The position numbers and the translations under genes are program-made. Below the pieces are notes generated by a model. That model was not told the origin of the DNA. It saw only the letters and a list, made by a program, of their open reading frames with translations, and searched no databases. From an uncultured candidate division Zixibacteria bacterium (lineage in GTDB: Bacteria > Zixibacteria > MSB-5A5 > UBA10806 > 4484-95): a stretch of 64,000 bases of DNA. The DNA lies in NCBI GenBank assembly GCA_963668625.2, contig CAXXKA010000008.1, forward strand, positions 1,280,001 through 1,344,000, in the 5' to 3' direction. This document shows positions 30,851 to 40,918 of this stretch, piece by piece (position 1 is the first letter of the stretch; the number at the start of each line of letters is the position of its first letter).

Positions 30851-33247
30851 GTGTTGATGAAAAAAATTATTGTGCTTATACTCCTGATGGCCTCCTCGGC
30901 GTTCGCATATATGAATATCGCGCTGGATGACCCGATGGAGGGCTTACGTTCCAACTCGATTATCGAGATTGTTTATGATTCGTCCGGTATATGGCTGGGC
31001 ACCGCCGGTGGTGTTTCGTACCTTCCTGACGGCGATTCGGTCTGGCAGACCTTCACGGCGACAAACGGCCTTCATAGCACCGAGGTTTCGGCTATGGCGT
31101 TTTCGATTTACGCCGGCGATACCATTTTGTGCGTGGCGACCCTTCATACCGAATATCCCTCCGGTGAAAGTGTTCCTTTCGGCGACGGCTATTCGATAAC
31201 CTACGATAAGGGCAATAGCTGGGTGGACGATTCGCTCACATACCCATCCTACGCCAACTATTTTGGGATGCTATCCTACGATGTTGATATGTATCAGAAT
31301 GATATTTACAGCGCCAATTTTTACGGCGGCCTGGTCCGTTCCGGGGATGGCGGGCACTCGTATGATAACCTGTTTTTGAACGCCTCGGATAGTATCGACC
31401 TGGTGGACAGTACCTACGGCAGTTACGATAACCGTTATTTCTCGGTTAAAGTCGATCGTTCCCTGGCCAACGATACTATTAGTGTCTGGGGCGGGTCGGC
31501 TGCGGGTTTGAACCGGTTCGTATTTACCAATTACGATGGCGAGGACAAACAGGATTCAGCCTGGCAATTCGCTCATGATGAAGATGATATAGTTGGCAGC
31601 TTACCCGGTGATCATATCGTCGGTTTGGCTGTTCACGGCGCGCCGGGCAAAGCCTATGACGCGTTCGCCAACGGCAATTATATTTACGTGGCACATGGCG
31701 ATTCGGGATTGCGTGTTATTGATGTCAACGTACCCGATTCGGCATTCGAAGTCGGTTCGATAGATACACCCGGCAGAGCATGGGCGGTGTATGCCGATGG
31801 TAATTACGCTTATATAGCGGACTATTACGGTGGTCTGTTCGTGGCCGATATCTCTGATCCGACACACCCGACCGAAGCTAACAGCCGCAGTATTATAGCT
31901 AGCAGTCATCACATTAATATTGATGTCGACGGTAACTACGCGTATTTGGCCAATGACGCGTTCGGAATGTATGTATATGATATCTCCAGTCCGAGTGATA
32001 GTCTTCCCGAAGTGGCAACTTTCACGAGTGCCGGCGGCATAAATGATATTAAAGTACAGGGAAATTACGCTTACCTGGCTGATGGCGATAACGGTCTTGT
32101 CATTATTGATATAAGCAATATGGATAGTTTATATCAAGTCAGTCAGTTCGAGCCGGACGACGCCGATATAAACGCGGTTGGTGTTTGTGTCGACGGTGAT
32201 ATGGTATTCATCGCCGATGCCAATTCGGGGGTAGTCGTTGTTGATGTCACCGATCGAGCCGATCCCCAGTTGAAAGATACATATGATGCCCCGGGTACCG
32301 CTCGCGGTATATATTGTGATAATGATAAAATCTATTTAGCCGATGAATCGAATCTTCATGTTTTCGAGATGGCCTCTCCCACCCAGGGGGATTCGCTGGA
32401 GTTCCTGGGCAATATCGCTACCGATGGTACGGCTATAAATGTGATGGTATACGGTAACAATGCTTTCGTGGCGGATAACTATTACGGCACGCAGATTATC
32501 GATATCAGCAATCCCGCCGCGATGGATATCGTCGGTAATGCCGCGCCGATTTGCTCGACATATATCTGGGCCGCCTGCAGAGTAGGTGTCGGTGAGGATG
32601 ACCAGCGATACGGGGTCGCTTACACGACCGATTACGGGCGTTCCTGGACGACCGTTATAGAGGAGTCTGCCTGGGATTTCGCTTTCAAAGGCGATACGGT
32701 GGTGGTTGCCACTGATAACGGCCTGTATATCAGCGGAGATTACAATACCTGGGAGAATATCACCGAGATGGCCGAATACAATGCCGATGGTGATATCGTG
32801 AAAAGATATTTCCCCTCGGGAGTTTATGCGGTAGAGACAGTTGGCTCGAGTATCTGGGCCGGTGGCGCTGATGGCACTATATTCACCAATAGCGCGGATG
32901 GCAACGGTGATAGAGTATGGCAGGTATATCGTTCCGAGTTGGATCCCTCGGGGCATTTCGCGTATCCCTCGCCATTCTCGCCGGTCTATTCCACGCGCCA
33001 GGGAACGACGATCCATTATATGCCTCCGCAAACGACCGATGTTACTATCAAGATATTCGATTTCAATTTGGACCTGGTGGCTACCGTAGCAAACGGCCAG
33101 ATACGAACCGGAGGAATCGAGTCGGACAACGATGTCTGGGATGGTAGAAACGATCAAGGGGAGTTGGTTGCTAACGGAATTTATTTTTATGAGATAAAAC
33201 TCGGCACTGGTGAGGACTGGTGGGGAAAGGTAGCGGTGGTAAAATGA
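30851..33247 (+). CDS. Secreted beta-propeller protein with LVIVD repeats and C-terminal FlgD-Ig domain
   Basis: Signal peptide; repeated GNYAY.A...GL..ID.S; YPSPF...IFD..WDGRN..G..VANG.Y.Y. Confidence 0.85.
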   Translation: MLMKKIIVLILLMASSAFAYMNIALDDPMEGLRSNSIIEIVYDSSGIWLGTAGGVSYLPDGDSVWQTFTATNGLHSTEVSAMAFSIYAGDTILCVATLHTEYPSGESVPFGDGYSITYDKGNSWVDDSLTYPSYANYFGMLSYDVDMYQNDIYSANFYGGLVRSGDGGHSYDNLFLNASDSIDLVDSTYGSYDNRYFSVKVDRSLANDTISVWGGSAAGLNRFVFTNYDGEDKQDSAWQFAHDEDDIVGSLPGDHIVGLAVHGAPGKAYDAFANGNYIYVAHGDSGLRVIDVNVPDSAFEVGSIDTPGRAWAVYADGNYAYIADYYGGLFVADISDPTHPTEANSRSIIASSHHINIDVDGNYAYLANDAFGMYVYDISSPSDSLPEVATFTSAGGINDIKVQGNYAYLADGDNGLVIIDISNMDSLYQVSQFEPDDADINAVGVCVDGDMVFIADANSGVVVVDVTDRADPQLKDTYDAPGTARGIYCDNDKIYLADESNLHVFEMASPTQGDSLEFLGNIATDGTAINVMVYGNNAFVADNYYGTQIIDISNPAAMDIVGNAAPICSTYIWAACRVGVGEDDQRYGVAYTTDYGRSWTTVIEESAWDFAFKGDTVVVATDNGLYISGDYNTWENITEMAEYNADGDIVKRYFPSGVYAVETVGSSIWAGGADGTIFTNSADGNGDRVWQVYRSELDPSGHFAYPSPFSPVYSTRQGTTIHYMPPQTTDVTIKIFDFNLDLVATVANGQIRTGGIESDNDVWDGRNDQGELVANGIYFYEIKLGTGEDWWGKVAVVK

Positions 33248-34245
33248 GAAAGCTATTTTTTATAACAGCGCTTATTCTTTCGGTGGCGCTTATTGCCCCC
33301 GCTATGGCTGAAACAGGTAAAGCAGGTATGGCGGGCGCCTATATGAAATTCGGATTGGGTGCCAGGTCTTTGGGAATGGGTGGCGCGTTTACGGGCGTGG
33401 CCCAGGGTATTGATGCCGTATATTATAATCCCGGCGGTATAGGTTTTCGCCTGGAAAAAGAAGTGGGCTTTACCTATCACAGTCTCTCGCTCGACCGTCA
33501 CTTGAACAGCGGAGCCTTTTTATACCCTATCAGAAACGATGCCATACTTGGAGTATCCTGGATTAACAGCTATGTCGGTGATGTGCCGATGATCGATTCG
33601 GATCGTAACGTGTACGATGAATTCTCCAATCATAACAACTCGTTCGGACTTACGTTTTCCAAGGCGTTGCTCGAGCAGGTTTCGTTCGGCGCGAATCTCA
33701 GATATCTGCAGGCCACGCTTGACCAGTTGAATGCCTACACTATAGGTATCGATATGGGCGTACTGGCCAAGCCTATTCCGCATATGGCGGTTGGTCTTTC
33801 TGTCAGCGACCTGGGAACTAATTTCAGATGGGAATCACAGAACTATTGGTCGGGAGATCGTGGTGGTACTTTCGATGATAAATACCCTGTTCGTATCAGA
33901 GGGGGCATATCAGGAACTTTTCTCGATGAACAATTGTTGGCGGCAGTGGATGTCATGAAAGTCGAAAAACTCGATTTGAAAGTTTACGCCGGCGGCGAGT
34001 ATTTCTTCGTAAAGAAAGTCACCCGGCTGATCGAGGACGAGGAAGCCGAGGATGAATTGCGAGAGATAATTGAAAATAAGAAACTGCTTGGCATTAGAGC
34101 GGGGTTCTCCGATGGATCGGTTACTTTCGGCGGTAGTATATACTACCCCGTAGGCACCATGTCGGGCGGACTGGATTACGCTTTCATGAGCGGTAAGGAA
34201 GGCGAAGGCAGTTATCATATGTTTACGGCAAGGGTGATGTTCTAA
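33244..34245 (+). CDS. PorV/PorQ family outer-membrane beta-barrel
   Basis: GARSLGMGGAF, YYNPGG, D.G, LDYAF, terminal F. Confidence 0.85.
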   Translation: MRKLFFITALILSVALIAPAMAETGKAGMAGAYMKFGLGARSLGMGGAFTGVAQGIDAVYYNPGGIGFRLEKEVGFTYHSLSLDRHLNSGAFLYPIRNDAILGVSWINSYVGDVPMIDSDRNVYDEFSNHNNSFGLTFSKALLEQVSFGANLRYLQATLDQLNAYTIGIDMGVLAKPIPHMAVGLSVSDLGTNFRWESQNYWSGDRGGTFDDKYPVRIRGGISGTFLDEQLLAAVDVMKVEKLDLKVYAGGEYFFVKKVTRLIEDEEAEDELREIIENKKLLGIRAGFSDGSVTFGGSIYYPVGTMSGGLDYAFMSGKEGEGSYHMFTARVMF

Positions 34246-35138
34246 TGAAAAAAGCGATTTTGTCAATCCTGGTATTATTGATTATGCCATCACTGCTTTA
34301 CGCGGATGCAGGCGAGTCGAGTTTCCGGTTCATGGGAATCGGCGTCGGTTCTCGTCCTGCTGCATTGGCCGAGGCGATGACAGCGGCATCCGGCGAGGTG
34401 ACCTCCGCCTTTTACAACCCGGCGTTATTGGGTTCGTTCTCTTCCAAAAATCAGGTAGCTTTCATGTACAATTCGTATTTCAGCGATCATACACAGAACT
34501 ATCTGGCGCTGGCAAGCAGGTCCTCCGATTACGCTATTGGCGGCTATATGGTATTAGGTGGCGTGGATGATTTCGAGCGCCGCACGGGGCCTTCGGAGAA
34601 TCCCGATGGCACTTTCGATGAGAATTATTTCGTTGGCGCCTTGACGTATAGCAGAAGTCTAAGCGGCATATATTTCGGTATCTCCACCAAGTACGCTTAC
34701 GAGAAAATAGACTACGCCGACGCCAGCTCTTTTTTGGTTGATCTTGGCGTATACGGCCGGCTAAACGAAGAGATTGGGCTGGGTGCAGCCGTTAAAAACA
34801 TTGGCTCGGAACCCGAGTTCACCGAACAGTCATACCCGGTATCGCAGGAATACAGGCTGGGACTCGCATACAAGCCATTGTTTATGAATCAGAATGTGGA
34901 GATGTTCGCCGACGGCGTGTTTTACAGCGATTTGGAACCTAAGTACAATTTCGGAGCGGAATATGGTCACGACGGCTACTTCGTATTGCGAGGTGGATAT
35001 GGTGTCGGCTACGATTCGCGAAGCCTGTCGTTAGGCGGCGGAGTCGTTTACAGGCAGTTTAAATTCGACTATGCTTTCGTTGGTTTCACTAATGATCTGG
35101 GGAATGCGCATCGCTTTACGTTGATAGCCGGTTTCTAG
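34245..35138 (+). CDS. PorV/PorQ family outer-membrane beta-barrel
   Basis: G.GSRPAALAEA, FYNPA, DLG, LRGGY, FDYAF..DLG..HRF, terminal F. Confidence 0.85.
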   Translation: MKKAILSILVLLIMPSLLYADAGESSFRFMGIGVGSRPAALAEAMTAASGEVTSAFYNPALLGSFSSKNQVAFMYNSYFSDHTQNYLALASRSSDYAIGGYMVLGGVDDFERRTGPSENPDGTFDENYFVGALTYSRSLSGIYFGISTKYAYEKIDYADASSFLVDLGVYGRLNEEIGLGAAVKNIGSEPEFTEQSYPVSQEYRLGLAYKPLFMNQNVEMFADGVFYSDLEPKYNFGAEYGHDGYFVLRGGYGVGYDSRSLSLGGGVVYRQFKFDYAFVGFTNDLGNAHRFTLIAGF

Positions 35139-35348
35139 CGTTAACGTATATAGTAATTTAACTCCCTGGTTTAGATCATAAACACAGCTATTTTTGTTGT
35201 ATCTGTATTTCATATATGGATTATTGTTTACTTTTTTATTATAGATCATAAACCCTATTTAATTATCGCCGAAAACAGAAGTAAGGGCGCAGGGGTGGAA
35301 AAGTCAGTTATTAATGAAGTTTTAAATGTTTAAGGATATTTTTATCTA

Positions 35349-36737
35349 ATGGCTAAAGCAATTTTTTTAAACTGGCGGGAAGGCTCAGATCAATACGATA
35401 ATTTTGATATTCTCAAGGCCCCTGATCTTAATAATTACAATATGGTATTTTTCGATCCCTTGAATTTTGCTGTTAATCATAAACTTCGCGAAAATAGCCG
35501 GGATATCTCGACCTCGGAATATATCAAGCTGGATAAAGATGATCTTATGCGGTTGATGGCTAATTTCAAACGTATTACAGCCAAGTTCAGGGCTTTTCTA
35601 GATAATGAAGGCATTCTGGTAATCAGATCCAACATCCCTAACTCTTATATCCAGATTCGAAGTTTCGCCGCCAAGGGAACGCAGAAATTTACCGAGTCGG
35701 TTCTTTCGGCGTTTTTCTGGTTGGAGGAATTCATCGGCAAATACTCGTTTTTGTATCGCCTGTGCACTGCTATGGATTTCGTTGATTACGACAACGCGTT
35801 ATATAGGAACTTGAACGACTCGCCTATATCCGCTTACCAGAGTCATGATATCATTCCTGAGGGGCAGGTATCGGTTCTAGCCAGATGCGGCGGGCAGGGA
35901 TCGTTCCCGCTTTTAAGCAGAGTATCGTTAAAACCCAATCGGGGCGAGATATTTTTCATCCCTGAATTCAGGATCGCGAATGAATCAACCCAGCTAATAT
36001 CATGTTTTGAGGAGATCACATACGATTTAAAATCAGGCCTTTTCAAGCCCGGCTGGGTCACCAAATACGAACGCGAGATGAGCCTCAATAATCCGTTCAA
36101 AGAAGAAATCGAAACTATCAATCAGAAGATAGAACTCTATACCAAACGTAAGCTTACACTGGTCAAAAGAGCTAATAATATAATGAGTTGTACCGGCCTT
36201 CTGTACAAAGCTGGTGAGGAGCTAATGAGCGCAGTACGTAATGCTTTTGAGGCTTTAGGATTCGAGACCGGTGATAAGGTTAAATGGTTGGATGACAGCA
36301 AGGTGAGTTTTTGCCTTACTCTAAAGGATAAAATAACGGCGATAGTACAGGTAACTGATACGGAATTGGGGGCGGTGCCGGAGAATTATTTCGAGAGTTT
36401 AACTGATATAAAAGGCATCGATAAATTAGAGAGGCCACCCAAGATGATACTGGTAGCCAATACCGATAGATTAAATCAGCCTGTAGCCCGATCTCAAAGT
36501 TTCGCTGACAGTATTATAGAGTCGGCGCCTAAACATGAATACTGCCTGTTGCCTACTACAGAACTTTACGATGCCGTAAGTTATTCATGGTTCAAATCCA
36601 ATTCCGAACTATATGATGTGATCAGGACTAATCTTCGCAAGGATATCATGGGGTGTGTGGGCGAATTTAAAATCGATGAGAGAAAATACCTGATCAAAAA
36701 AACAACCACCAGAACCGCCGCCGTTACCGCAAAATAA
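35349..36737 (+). CDS. Hypothetical protein (coiled coil plus degenerate restriction-endonuclease-like C-terminus)
   Basis: 462 aa ORF; GEEL..AV..AF..LGF, K.ILVAN and LL.T.EL patterns. Confidence 0.7.
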   Translation: MAKAIFLNWREGSDQYDNFDILKAPDLNNYNMVFFDPLNFAVNHKLRENSRDISTSEYIKLDKDDLMRLMANFKRITAKFRAFLDNEGILVIRSNIPNSYIQIRSFAAKGTQKFTESVLSAFFWLEEFIGKYSFLYRLCTAMDFVDYDNALYRNLNDSPISAYQSHDIIPEGQVSVLARCGGQGSFPLLSRVSLKPNRGEIFFIPEFRIANESTQLISCFEEITYDLKSGLFKPGWVTKYEREMSLNNPFKEEIETINQKIELYTKRKLTLVKRANNIMSCTGLLYKAGEELMSAVRNAFEALGFETGDKVKWLDDSKVSFCLTLKDKITAIVQVTDTELGAVPENYFESLTDIKGIDKLERPPKMILVANTDRLNQPVARSQSFADSIIESAPKHEYCLLPTTELYDAVSYSWFKSNSELYDVIRTNLRKDIMGCVGEFKIDERKYLIKKTTTRTAAVTAK

Positions 36738-36958
36738 TAATTTATTTATCAAGAATTCATCCAGGTCCGCCGTCTGTTAGCGAAGCGATGATTTGCTGCG
36801 TTTTGGATAGCGGCACATAAAAAAATAATTACTTGAAAATCTTATTATAATAATTGCTTATTTCGGTTGATATCCTGATACTATTTTTATAAATTCAACG
36901 GAATTTATAGTTCATTAAAAACAAAGACTTCAAGATATTTAATTTAAGGAGCAAGTTA

Positions 36959-38077
36959 ATGGCGAAGTACAAAATTGCCTGGCTTCCCGGTGATGGCGTT
37001 GGAAATGATGTCATGGAAGCCGCTAAAATCGTTTTAGACAAAATTAAACTGGATGCCGAGTATATTCATGGCGATATAGGTTGGGAGTTCTGGTGTAAAG
37101 AGGGTGATCCGCTTCCCGAGCGCACGGTAGAGTTGTGCAATAACACCGATTGCGCATTGTTCGGCGCGATTACCTCGAAACCCAAAGAAGAGGCCGAAAG
37201 AGAACTGGTACCCGAGCTTCAGGGCAAAGGCATGATTTATTCCAGCCCGATTGTCAGAATGCGCCAGGAGTTTAACCTTCGCACGAATCTTCGACCCTGC
37301 AAAGCCTACAAAGGCAACCCGCTTAACTATAAGGATGATATCGACCTGACGGTATTCCGCGAAAATACCGAGGATTTATACTCCGGTATCGAGTTCCATC
37401 CGGTACCCGATGAGGTCCGTAATGCCATCAACAAGAATCATCCGAAAATGAAGCGTTTCATGGATACCCCGGCTGACGAGATCGCTTTCTCGTTGCGTGT
37501 TATTACCAAGAAAGCCAGCCGTAATATTATCACGGATGCTTTCGATTATGCCAAGAAATTCGGATTAAAAACAGTGACCGTAGTCGAAAAACCGAATGTC
37601 ATTCGCGAAACCTCCGGTTTGATGGTTCGTACCGCTCGCGAGGTGGCAAAGAATTACCCCGGTATCGAACTGTGGGAGACAAATATCGATGCTATGTGTA
37701 TGTGGCTGGTGAAAAATCCGCAGGATTATTCTGTGATGGTTACCTCCAACATGTTCGGTGATATCATCTCCGATTTGGCGGCGCAGCTGGTCGGCGGTCT
37801 GGGATTCGCCTGCAGCGGTAATATCGGCGATAATTACGCGGTATTCGAACCGACTCACGGCTCGGCTCCGAAATACGCCGGTAAATATAAAGTCAACCCG
37901 ATTGCAATGCTGCTTTCGGTTAAAATGATGCTCGACTACCTGGGCGAGTTCGACAGCGCCAAAAAGCTGGAGAAAGCTATCGCCGAGGTCATCGCCGAGG
38001 GTAAAATTCGCACCTATGATATGGGTGGTTCCAATACCTCACTCGAGGTTGCCGAGGCAGTTGCCGCGAAAATGTAA
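36959..38077 (+). CDS. Isocitrate/isopropylmalate dehydrogenase family (possibly homoisocitrate or 3-isopropylmalate dehydrogenase)
   Basis: [36 protein letters not shown]. Confidence 0.9.
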   Translation: MAKYKIAWLPGDGVGNDVMEAAKIVLDKIKLDAEYIHGDIGWEFWCKEGDPLPERTVELCNNTDCALFGAITSKPKEEAERELVPELQGKGMIYSSPIVRMRQEFNLRTNLRPCKAYKGNPLNYKDDIDLTVFRENTEDLYSGIEFHPVPDEVRNAINKNHPKMKRFMDTPADEIAFSLRVITKKASRNIITDAFDYAKKFGLKTVTVVEKPNVIRETSGLMVRTAREVAKNYPGIELWETNIDAMCMWLVKNPQDYSVMVTSNMFGDIISDLAAQLVGGLGFACSGNIGDNYAVFEPTHGSAPKYAGKYKVNPIAMLLSVKMMLDYLGEFDSAKKLEKAIAEVIAEGKIRTYDMGGSNTSLEVAEAVAAKM

Positions 38078-38099
38078 TAAAAAATCTTAATCGTAACAC

Positions 38100-38130
38100 G
38101 CCCCCCGGCATCCTCGCCGAGGGGCTTTTT
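38100..38130 (+). terminator. Intrinsic terminator
   Basis: GCCCC..GGC/GCC..GGGGC hairpin followed by TTTTT. Confidence 0.7.
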
Positions 38131-38153
38131 AAAATCACGAAAGCGAGGACGAC

Positions 38154-38525
38154 ATGCCCGAATTCGTAACTTGTTTAAACTGTATGGACGGCCGAGTACA
38201 AAAAGCTATGATCGACTGGCTTACAAAAGAGTTCGATGCTGAACATGTCGATATGATTACCGAAGCCGGTATGGATGGCTTTATAGTAAGACATGATGAT
38301 TTACCTGAATCGTTGCTGCATAAAATCGACATCTCGGTTGAAAAGCATGGTTCGAATGATATTTTCATCGTTGGGCATTATGATTGTGGAGGTCATCCCG
38401 GCGAGAGAGAAATGCATCATGAGGATGTAAAACTATCAATTGAAAAGATCAAAAAGCTTTATCCTGATTGCAGCGTCTCCGGAGTCTGGATTCCCGAAAC
38501 ATGGAAGCCGGAGAAAATCGATTAA
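38154..38525 (+). CDS. Putative beta-type carbonic anhydrase
   Basis: CMDGR and H..C zinc ligands (GHYDCGG). Confidence 0.75.
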   Translation: MPEFVTCLNCMDGRVQKAMIDWLTKEFDAEHVDMITEAGMDGFIVRHDDLPESLLHKIDISVEKHGSNDIFIVGHYDCGGHPGEREMHHEDVKLSIEKIKKLYPDCSVSGVWIPETWKPEKID

Positions 38526-38602
38526 GCTTTTTAATGAGCTTGTTTTAAAAAGCACAATATATATATTAGCATCAATAAGTATTAAACACTTTTAAACGGG
38601 GA

Positions 38603-39682
38603 GTGAAAATGCGCGCATCCAGACCACATCTTAGCAGAATATTATTATCATTAGCTGTTTTTGTGATTGCAATATTCAGTGTAAACACGATTGCCCTGGC
38701 GCTTGATACATCAACGCAGGGCGGCATAGTATTGCCTCAGCTTGATGATCATGAGGAGGACCACGGGGCGTCCACAGGACAGGCCGAGCACGCCCAGGAG
38801 AGGAAAGCTCCCGGTGTGTTGGATTTCTTCGTTACCGGTAAGTTCCTGACTATCTTCGCGCTGATGATCATCGGCTTGGTACTCCTGCTGGTCAGAAAAA
38901 TCAACCTCTGGGTTCGTATTGTCATGATGCTGGCGGCATTTGTTATTTTCGGTCTGGAGTTCGTTTTCCCGCTTCACCCGAGCCCCATGTGCGCAACAAC
39001 CAAGATGTTCATGTTCAAGGTCACTCAGGGGCAGTTTTTCGCGATATTCGTAGCCTCGTTTTTAGCTATGATTGTCCCCAGTATAATCTGGCGAAAGCCA
39101 TTTTGCGGCTGGGTATGTCCCCTGGGCGCGATGCAGGAGCTTATCAACAAGATCCCGCATAAGTACAAATGGAAACAGTTCAATTTCACGGCCTTCAACT
39201 CGGTCCGCATGATGCTTTTAGCGATGTTTTTCCTGACATTCTTTTTCGTGATGTGGCAGATACAGATGCTGGGTGAGAATATCGAGGCCGATACTACCAT
39301 ACCGATGTGGAAAGCTTTCATGGCGTATAACATATACGAACCGATAAACATGTTCGAGATTCTTCACTGGCAATTCGATACTCTTATAGTCATCCTGTTT
39401 ATCGTATTGATTATCTCCAGCCTTATAATCTACCGGCCGTTCTGTTATCTGATTTGCCCGATAGGCGCGATTAGCTGGTTACTCGAAAAGATCGCCCCGG
39501 GAAGGGTTCGTTACGATGCCGATAAGTGTACCGATTGCGGCAAGTGTGAGGAGAAAAGCCCCTGTCCTACTATCTATAAGTTGCGTGATCCGAAAACAAA
39601 ATCATTGCCCGATTGCACCTCGTGTGGTGAGTGCGTGGACGCCTGCAGTGATGATGCTTTGAAATTCGGGTTTAAAAAGTAA
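38603..39682 (+). CDS. Membrane 4Fe-4S protein (NapH/MauN/NosR C-terminal-like)
   Basis: FCGWVCPLG, RPFCYLICPIG, CTDCGKCEEKSPCP, CTSCGECVDAC; His-rich N-terminus. Confidence 0.88.
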   Translation: MKMRASRPHLSRILLSLAVFVIAIFSVNTIALALDTSTQGGIVLPQLDDHEEDHGASTGQAEHAQERKAPGVLDFFVTGKFLTIFALMIIGLVLLLVRKINLWVRIVMMLAAFVIFGLEFVFPLHPSPMCATTKMFMFKVTQGQFFAIFVASFLAMIVPSIIWRKPFCGWVCPLGAMQELINKIPHKYKWKQFNFTAFNSVRMMLLAMFFLTFFFVMWQIQMLGENIEADTTIPMWKAFMAYNIYEPINMFEILHWQFDTLIVILFIVLIISSLIIYRPFCYLICPIGAISWLLEKIAPGRVRYDADKCTDCGKCEEKSPCPTIYKLRDPKTKSLPDCTSCGECVDACSDDALKFGFKK

Positions 39683-39683
39683 G

Positions 39684-40796
39684 CTAAAAGATCTCTTGCA
39701 AAGCCTCGGTAAACCTGCCGAGGCTTTGTTTTAGCCCGGCTGTATCGCCTCCGAAACCGATACGAATATGACTCGGCGCCCTGAAAAAACTCCCCGGTAC
39801 CAGGTATATCTTATATCTATCAATAAGCTTTTGAACCAGCGTATCAGTATTATCAACGCCGTTTACTTTCGGGAAATAAACACAGCCGTATCGGGGCGGA
39901 TCGCCGGAGATAATCTCTTTATCAATAAGAGGTTGAATGTACTGAGACATAATCTCAGTGTTGTCTTTTAAAGTGACTAAAGCCTGTTTTCGGTAGCTTT
40001 CCAGGTTCTCCATCACCAGGGATGAGAACGATTCTAAGAGCCGCGAACCGGAGCCCTCGACGAAATTTTGGATAAACTTGACTTTTGAGGTGATTTTCTC
40101 GTTGGCAACTAACCAGCCATGATGGATTATGCCCAGGCCGTAAACTTTAGTAAGGCTGTTTAAAGAGATGATGTTATCATCCAGATTATACGAACAGCTT
40201 AGATCCCCCGGCATGAAATCGCGGTATATCTCATCGATGAAAATGACGATCTCGGGGTTGATTTTCTTGGCCGCTATCGCCAGCTCCTTGATCGTATCAT
40301 CCGTGATAAATACTCCGGTGGGATTGTGGATATTTGTCAGCATAATCATTTTCGTTGAGGGCCTGACCAGCGATACGAGACATTCTATATCTAACTTTCC
40401 CGCCTCGGCCGATCTATCGTAAAATGTGATATCCGTGCCTATGTCCATGGGGGCCATTGTCAGCGCCTGGTACACCGGGGTCTCTACTAACACATGGTCG
40501 CCTTTTTCCAACACGGCTTTGCAGACCAGATAGATCGCGTTGGAAACGCCGTTGGTGATTACGATCCGTTCGGGATCGAGGTTATAGCGAGCCGCTATCG
40601 CATCGATGAACAACGGATGGCCGTAAGCATTGGAATAAGGGATGCGCTTTTCCACCTGCCGGCTGAATTTCTTCAGATCAGCCAATAATAACTCGGTAGG
40701 TTGGGATACGGAACTGGCCATCAGGAGATTAATATCATCCCTATTAGTGATTTCGATTTCGATATCTTTATACCATGCGAGGTAGTTATTATCCAT
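39684..40796 (-). CDS. PLP-dependent aminotransferase class I/II
   Basis: TNG.S.A, HNPTG, DEIY, SLTKVYGL, PG.FF. Confidence 0.88.
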   Translation of the reverse strand: MDNNYLAWYKDIEIEITNRDDINLLMASSVSQPTELLLADLKKFSRQVEKRIPYSNAYGHPLFIDAIAARYNLDPERIVITNGVSNAIYLVCKAVLEKGDHVLVETPVYQALTMAPMDIGTDITFYDRSAEAGKLDIECLVSLVRPSTKMIMLTNIHNPTGVFITDDTIKELAIAAKKINPEIVIFIDEIYRDFMPGDLSCSYNLDDNIISLNSLTKVYGLGIIHHGWLVANEKITSKVKFIQNFVEGSGSRLLESFSSLVMENLESYRKQALVTLKDNTEIMSQYIQPLIDKEIISGDPPRYGCVYFPKVNGVDNTDTLVQKLIDRYKIYLVPGSFFRAPSHIRIGFGGDTAGLKQSLGRFTEALQEIF

Positions 40797-40918
40797 AGAT
40801 TGCTAATAAATACTATTTATGAAAATATGCAATCAAAATAGGCCGAATCGGTTGATAACAGGCTGCGGATTTGCTATGTTATATCGATTGATGCACCATC
40901 TACGAACAAGGAGACACG

